Positions 59,073 through 64,000 of a DNA stretch of 64,000 bases are shown piece by piece. How positions within the stretch are numbered: position 1 is the first letter of the stretch; each line of letters opens with the position of its first letter. The DNA comes from Macrostomum lignano (taxonomy: Eukaryota): contig NIVC01003696.1 of the NCBI GenBank assembly GCA_002269645.1, positions 1 through 64,000 on the forward strand. Direction: 5' to 3'. Below the pieces are notes generated by a model, which saw nothing but the letters and a program-made list of their open reading frames with translations, ran no database searches and was not told the DNA's origin. Made by a program: the position numbers and the translations under genes.

Positions 59073-59964
59073 TATAAAAAAAACCCTCTTTATCTCATCG
59101 CAGGTCCTTTATATTGGGTGGGTGCACATTTTTTGCGTTCACTGGAAATAAAGCCCCCGCATGTTAGGGATGCAGTTAATTTATTGATTCTCCCAGAATG
59201 GGTGGGTTGGGCTTGGGCTAAGTGTAGATAGCAATATACAATGTAAACAAATAGATAGGACAGTGTCAAGATTCAATTGGTTTTATTATTGGCCTTTATA
59301 TTAGCTGGGCAAGTTAAATTCAATCAACAAACTTGCAAGCCTCTCAGAAAAGCAGTCAGAAAATTGGGAAATTTCAAATGCTAACTGTTCTTCAAGTTTT
59401 AAACTTTGAGAAAGAGCTAAAAAGAGCTTGCAAAGCTGAGTTCAGGGATATAAGTTTCTTGCTTTAAATATTAAAACTAAAAGCATAGCATTTAAAAAAT
59501 GATTCCATACTATTAACTTTCTGCAAAGATTGTACTTATTTTTGCAATAGGTCAGAGACAAAGTTGGAGGGGTTCAACTTTTACTTGTTGCTGTATATTG
59601 GAGAGGGGTTGGTCACTGTGTATTGGATGGTTGATTTAAATTATGCAATCATTTTGTTAACTTTAACTGAGACTGATACTGACTGACTGAGGAATAAGTT
59701 GCACAGTCAATTGATTCAATTGGTTCCATTTTTACTTATTGGGGCCTTTTAACATGTAGGCAGCTCTGTGCAGCTCTTACCCTAACCCTAACCATTGAAC
59801 CCTAAGAGTTGAGTTCTTTTGTCAGAAAAAAATTTTGATTGAGTCCATTTTTATGGAAAGGATTTCTGTTTTGCAAAGAGGATTTTGGTGGGTCTCTGTT
59901 TTGCAAAGAGGATTTTGGTGGGTCTCTGTTTTACAAAGAGGATTTCGATGGATTTGGCACCTTC

Positions 59965-60800
59965 AGTCAGTCAGAGAAGAGAGTAAAGAGAAAAGTGAAT
60001 AGAGAAGAGTGGAGAGATGATAGAAAAGAAAGCAGATATGAGAGGAGTTGAGGACAGATTACAGATAAGAGGGGAGATCTGAGGTAGCAGAGAAAAGAGG
60101 AGGGATAAGAGCGTACAGAGGAAATAGAAGAGAAGAAAGAGTAGAGACAAAAGACAAGGGAGAAGAGATAAATAGGGGAGTAGAGATGACAGGAGAGAGA
60201 GAGAGGAGAGACAATATAGGAGAGATAAAAGATCAGAGATAAAAGAGGTAAGATAAGAAAATAGTAAGGAGAAAGAAAAAGAAAAAATGAGAGTGCAGAG
60301 AGGAGAGAGAAGAGATGCGATGAGAAAGATGGGTGAGAAAATAAAAGAGAAGAGATTAGAGATTAGAGAAGAGAGGGGAGAAGATGAGAGGAGAAAGGAA
60401 AGGAGAGAAGAGAGAATGGAGAGGAGAGAAAAGAGAGAAGAGGGAGACAGGAGATGATAGAAAAGAGAGAAAAAAGATGGGATATAAGAAAGGAGGGTAA
60501 GAGTGTATAGGAGATATTAAAAATAAAAGCAGAGAAAAGAGAGAAAAAGAAGAGAAAGAGAGAAGGTAGAGTAGAGATGATAGATAAGAGAGTTTGAGAG
60601 TTGAGAGAGTACATGAGAGAGGAGACAGGAGAGAGTAGACATGAAAGATGAGGGAGAAGAGATAAATAAGGGAGTAGAGATGAGAGGAGAGAGAGGAGAG
60701 ACTAGATATAAGATAGCAAAGAAGAGAGAGCAGAGATGAGAGACTAGAGATAAGAGAGCAGATGAGAAAGGAGAGATAAGAGACTACACTGTAGAGATAA
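59965..60800. repeat. ~830-bp polypurine (GA-rich) low-complexity tract
   Basis: Direct reading; almost only A/G on the plus strand. Confidence 0.92.
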
Positions 60801-62072
60801 GAGAGCAAAAAGGCTTTATAGAGGATTTGGAAATGATTTGAAAGATGGGATTCAAGTCATGGAGTTTCAGCTGATAGATTTGAAGGAATGGAATTCTAGT
60901 GATAGGAGTCCTTCCCCTTTCTCCTCCAAAGGAAGAGTTCCACTTGTTACAGAAAATACACCACAAAAGTAAGAAAAAATCTTAAAAAATAGTCATATCA
61001 TTTTTGTTCCTTGACCAACTTTTTTATAAACTAAGTGTTATTGAAAACTTTTCAATAAGATGTATATATTGTAATGCAACTATTAGCTAAAACAAAATGT
61101 TCCAGTGGTTTTTGAAGCTTTTCATGAAATGAACTTAAAATATATTTAATGGGACTATAGCACTAACTAAAACTTGAATTTGAGTTGCTTTATATTAGTC
61201 AATGGCCTCTTTATACCTTTGCACATATGGCTTTAGAAATTCTATAGTCTTATATTCACAAACTGCGAGAAATTTCTGTTTTATTTAATATTTCCATTTT
61301 TTCAACTTAAAAATCTTATTAGAAGCCCTAAATATGGTATAATTTATTAATAAGATGATGTTTTTGTCATTTTTTCACCATTTTTTAGAATGTTAAAAAT
61401 TAAATCAATTACAAGCCTTGGCACTCTTGCGCAAAAGAGAAAATTACTTGTGTGCAACTAATTAGTGAGAATAACTATGACTATTTTGATAAGCAAATAG
61501 CTTATCTTCTAATTAGTCTGCTATCCGACGGTGGTCTAGCATGCAGTAGGATATCAATGTTTCATGGCATTTAGAACTCTAAAAAATATTTAGGGCTCTA
61601 ATAAGGGAGCTTGCTGTCTTTTTGTACAAATGATTTTCTAAAATGATATTGTGATAGCCTGGTATATTTGTCTATAGGCAATTCTTATAGCTTTATTATT
61701 TGTGTATGGAAATTTAAATTGTTTTTTAGGTTAGTCATTAAACAAACATTTCTAGCTAAAACTAAATTAAATTTGCATGGCCAGTGTAATTTTACCCTAG
61801 ACAAAATTTAGACTTATATTTTTAGTCAAATTAGACTATGGTTGGCCATTGTTGTCTATCTATAGCCTAATTATACATATTGAATAATAAATATAAAGAT
61901 TAAAATAGCCTATAGCCTGACCTAGAAAATTTCCAGTTATCCCATTTTGTTTCAACACTTACTTGGAAGTAGTCTAGGAGAAGTAATGCAACAAATAGAT
62001 AAAAAGCTTCACTTGAATTGCGGTAGAGAAGCACTCTTAACAGATAATAGTAAGACAAAACTCAATATTATT

Positions 62073-62110
62073 TGCGACGCGTTTCGGCTAAAACTAGCCA
62101 TCTTCAGGCA
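62073..62110 (-). ncRNA. Minimal type I hammerhead ribozyme (inverted copy)
   Basis: Exact reverse complement of 62678-62715. Confidence 0.85.
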
Positions 62111-62250
62111 CTATCGAACAGAATTTATTTCAACCTATTAAATACTGTGTAGACGACAAAATCAGGTATTGAAAAGATATAAAAGGACTAAAGGATCAAT
62201 GTACAGCATAGCAATGTTCATAATATTTTTTGTGGAATGACAGGACAGAG

Positions 62251-62291
<41 letters not shown>

Positions 62292-62496
62292 GCGTATGCG
62301 CCCCAAATGTACTCTAGCTTAGAACACCAACAGCTGTTCACTCGCACCTCCTCCAGATAGTTGGACATTGAGAGTGGGTTTAAAGTTACCCACTTTAAAG
62401 TTACACAAACCCACTCTCAATGTCCAACTATCTGGAGGAGGTGCGAGTGAACAGCTGTTGGTGTTCTAAGCTAGAGTACATTTGGGGCGCATACGC

Positions 62497-62537
<41 letters not shown>

Positions 62538-62677
62538 CTCTGTCCTGTCATTCCACAAAAAATATTATGAACATTGCTATGCTGTACATTGATCCTTTAG
62601 TCCTTTTATATCTTTTCAATACCTGATTTTGTCGTCTACACAGTATTTAATAGGTTGAAATAAATTCTGTTCGATAG

Positions 62678-62715
62678 TGCCTGAAGATGGCTAGTTTTAG
62701 CCGAAACGCGTCGCA
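62678..62715 (+). ncRNA. Minimal type I hammerhead ribozyme
   Basis: UGC-CUGAAGA-U-GGCUA(GUUU)UAGCC-GAAA-CGCGUC/GCA: intact core, 5-bp stem II, palindromic ACGCGU stem III, GUC cleavage site after 62712. Confidence 0.85.
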
Positions 62716-63147
62716 AATAATATTGAGCTTCACTTGACTTTTAGTATTAAGATTATATTGACTCCATTTAAAAATCCATTCAAATCATTCTATGAAGACC
62801 TTTTTAAACTAGGCCTAGAAATTTTTGGCATAAATATTATCTCCTAAATAATAATTCTTTCGATGTCTTATAAGTCCTAATGTTTTTTGATAGGGCATCT
62901 AAGAGTACTCCCTTGTTTCAAATTTTAGTTCTGAATTTTTACCAAAAAGGTCATCTTGATTGACTATGTCTACAGTGTATTCTGATCTAACAGTGGAAAT
63001 TTTTTGAAAATCAGTTAAGACGTCTCTTGTCTTGTCTTGATTTCATTATCTCGTATAATGGTCCTATTTTGAGTTGTTTTTCTTCTAATAGCTAATAATT
63101 GTAATTATCTCTGCTTTCATGTCGCTCTCTCTCTGCCGCTGTTACAG

Positions 63148-63577
63148 CAGCATTGGAAATGCAGCTGCAGTGACAGCGGCTGTAACGGCGGCGGCCTATT
63201 CAACAAAGATAGCCACTGGCCGCTCATCCTCTGCTTCTGCCAGCTCATCCGGCCGTTTCCGCTCTCGCCCGCAGCGGTCGACACTGCGCGGCGTTGATCG
63301 GCTGCGCGACTGGGCACTCAGTAGCCTGGTCCATTGTCAGCCTGACGACCTGATCGCCTGCATGCACCCGCTGACAGCTCGCGGCGGGTCGGCTGGCGAC
63401 CTGCTCGATGATTCCACGCCAGCTGATGCGCTTGTCCACCGGCTGTTGGCGCCTGGCGATGTGGCTGGGCTGCAGGCTGAGCGGCTGCTGCTGAGCTCCA
63501 CTGCGTTTGCCGTCTGCCTGCCGTCTGGACCGCTGACTTCCGAGGAGCTGCTGCACCTGGCTCGGTTTCCTGATCCT
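63148..63577 (+). CDS. Internal coding exon of an unidentified gene (Ala/Ser-rich, then Leu-rich helical segment)
   Basis: Pyrimidine-rich acceptor ...ctctgccgctgttacag|, open GC-rich frame (LRGVDRLRDWALSSLVHC...EELLHLARFPDP), donor CCT|GTAAGC followed by an intronic satellite. Confidence 0.6.
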
Positions 63578-63607
63578 GTAAGCCGCTGCTGTGTGATGCT
63601 GCTGTGA

Positions 63608-64000
63608 TGCAGATCTGGGAGGGCGGCTGTGGCCCAGCAACTGAGGATCTGGGAGGGCGGCCCTGCAACTGGGGATCTAAGAGGGCGGCAGTGGCCCAGC
63701 AACTGAGGATCTGGGAGTGTGGCGGTGACCCCAGCAGCTGAGGATCTGGGAGGGTGGCTCAGCAACTGAGGATCTGGGAGCATAGCAGTGGTCCAGCAAC
63801 TGAGGATCTGGGAGCATAGCAGTGGTCCAGCAACTGAGGATCTGGGAGCATAGCAGTGGTCCAGCAACTGAGGATCTGGGAGGGCGGCGGTGACCCCAGC
63901 AACTGAGGATCTGGGAGGGCGGCTCAGCAACTGAGGATCTGGGAGGGCGGCTCAGCAACTGAGGATCTGGGAGGGCGGCTCAGCAACTGAGGATCTGTGA
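63608..64000. repeat. 28-bp minisatellite (gatctgggagggcggctcagcaactgag), runs off the window
   Basis: Direct reading; same family as 37870-38400. Confidence 0.95.

Larger units (their letters stand above)
62017..62727. mobile_element. Penelope-like element remnant: two ~321-bp inverted pLTR arms (62061-62381 and 62407-62727)
   Basis: Near-perfect inverted repeat; the plus arm encodes KLHKPTLNVQLSGGGASEQLLVF* (62398-62469), like a PLE GIY-YIG C-terminus; each arm has a hammerhead; 12-bp direct repeat AGCTTCACTTGA at 62005-62016 and 62726-62737. Confidence 0.8.

Noticed and set aside
59775-59800. Telomeric (CCCTAA)n
   Set aside because: Only about two units; too short to support an interstitial telomere
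62162-62626. Duplicated 68-aa ORFs MSNYLEEVRVNSCW...
   Set aside because: Off-frame translation of the Penelope-like arm including a (CT)n tract; the meaningful frame is KPTLNVQ
63148-63577. Assignment of the last exon to THADA or another HEAT-repeat gene
   Set aside because: Resemblance too vague to name a gene

Overview
Eukaryotic (metazoan) genomic DNA with GT-AG introns, introns packed with 13-36 bp minisatellites, and GC-rich Ala/Gln-rich exons. The style resembles a free-living flatworm such as Macrostomum, but that is inference only. Protein genes I could splice by hand: (1) a 5-exon claudin/PMP22-superfamily tetraspan gene with apparent indels in exon 1; (2) an 80-aa secreted cationic peptide with a C-terminal Cys pair; (3) a CAP/SCP-domain gene; (4) two tandem intronless DEG/ENaC channel genes, one intact and one a chimeric pseudogene; (5) a 14-exon ELKS/ERC (CAST/Bruchpilot-family) gene of about 1669 aa; (6) Rab43/Rab19 with an atypical G4 motif; (7) a calmodulin-like gene; (8) one exon of an unidentified gene at the right end. 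Mobile DNA: a decayed RNase-H-bearing LINE fused to a tRNA-SINE head, several tRNA-derived SINEs including a CORE-type SINE, a solo LTR with 4-bp TSD inside a satellite, a foldback-type element, four small TIR elements with 8-bp TSDs (counting the foldback element), and an inverted Penelope-like element carrying two hammerhead ribozymes. No CRISPR array, rRNA or intact tRNA is supported.
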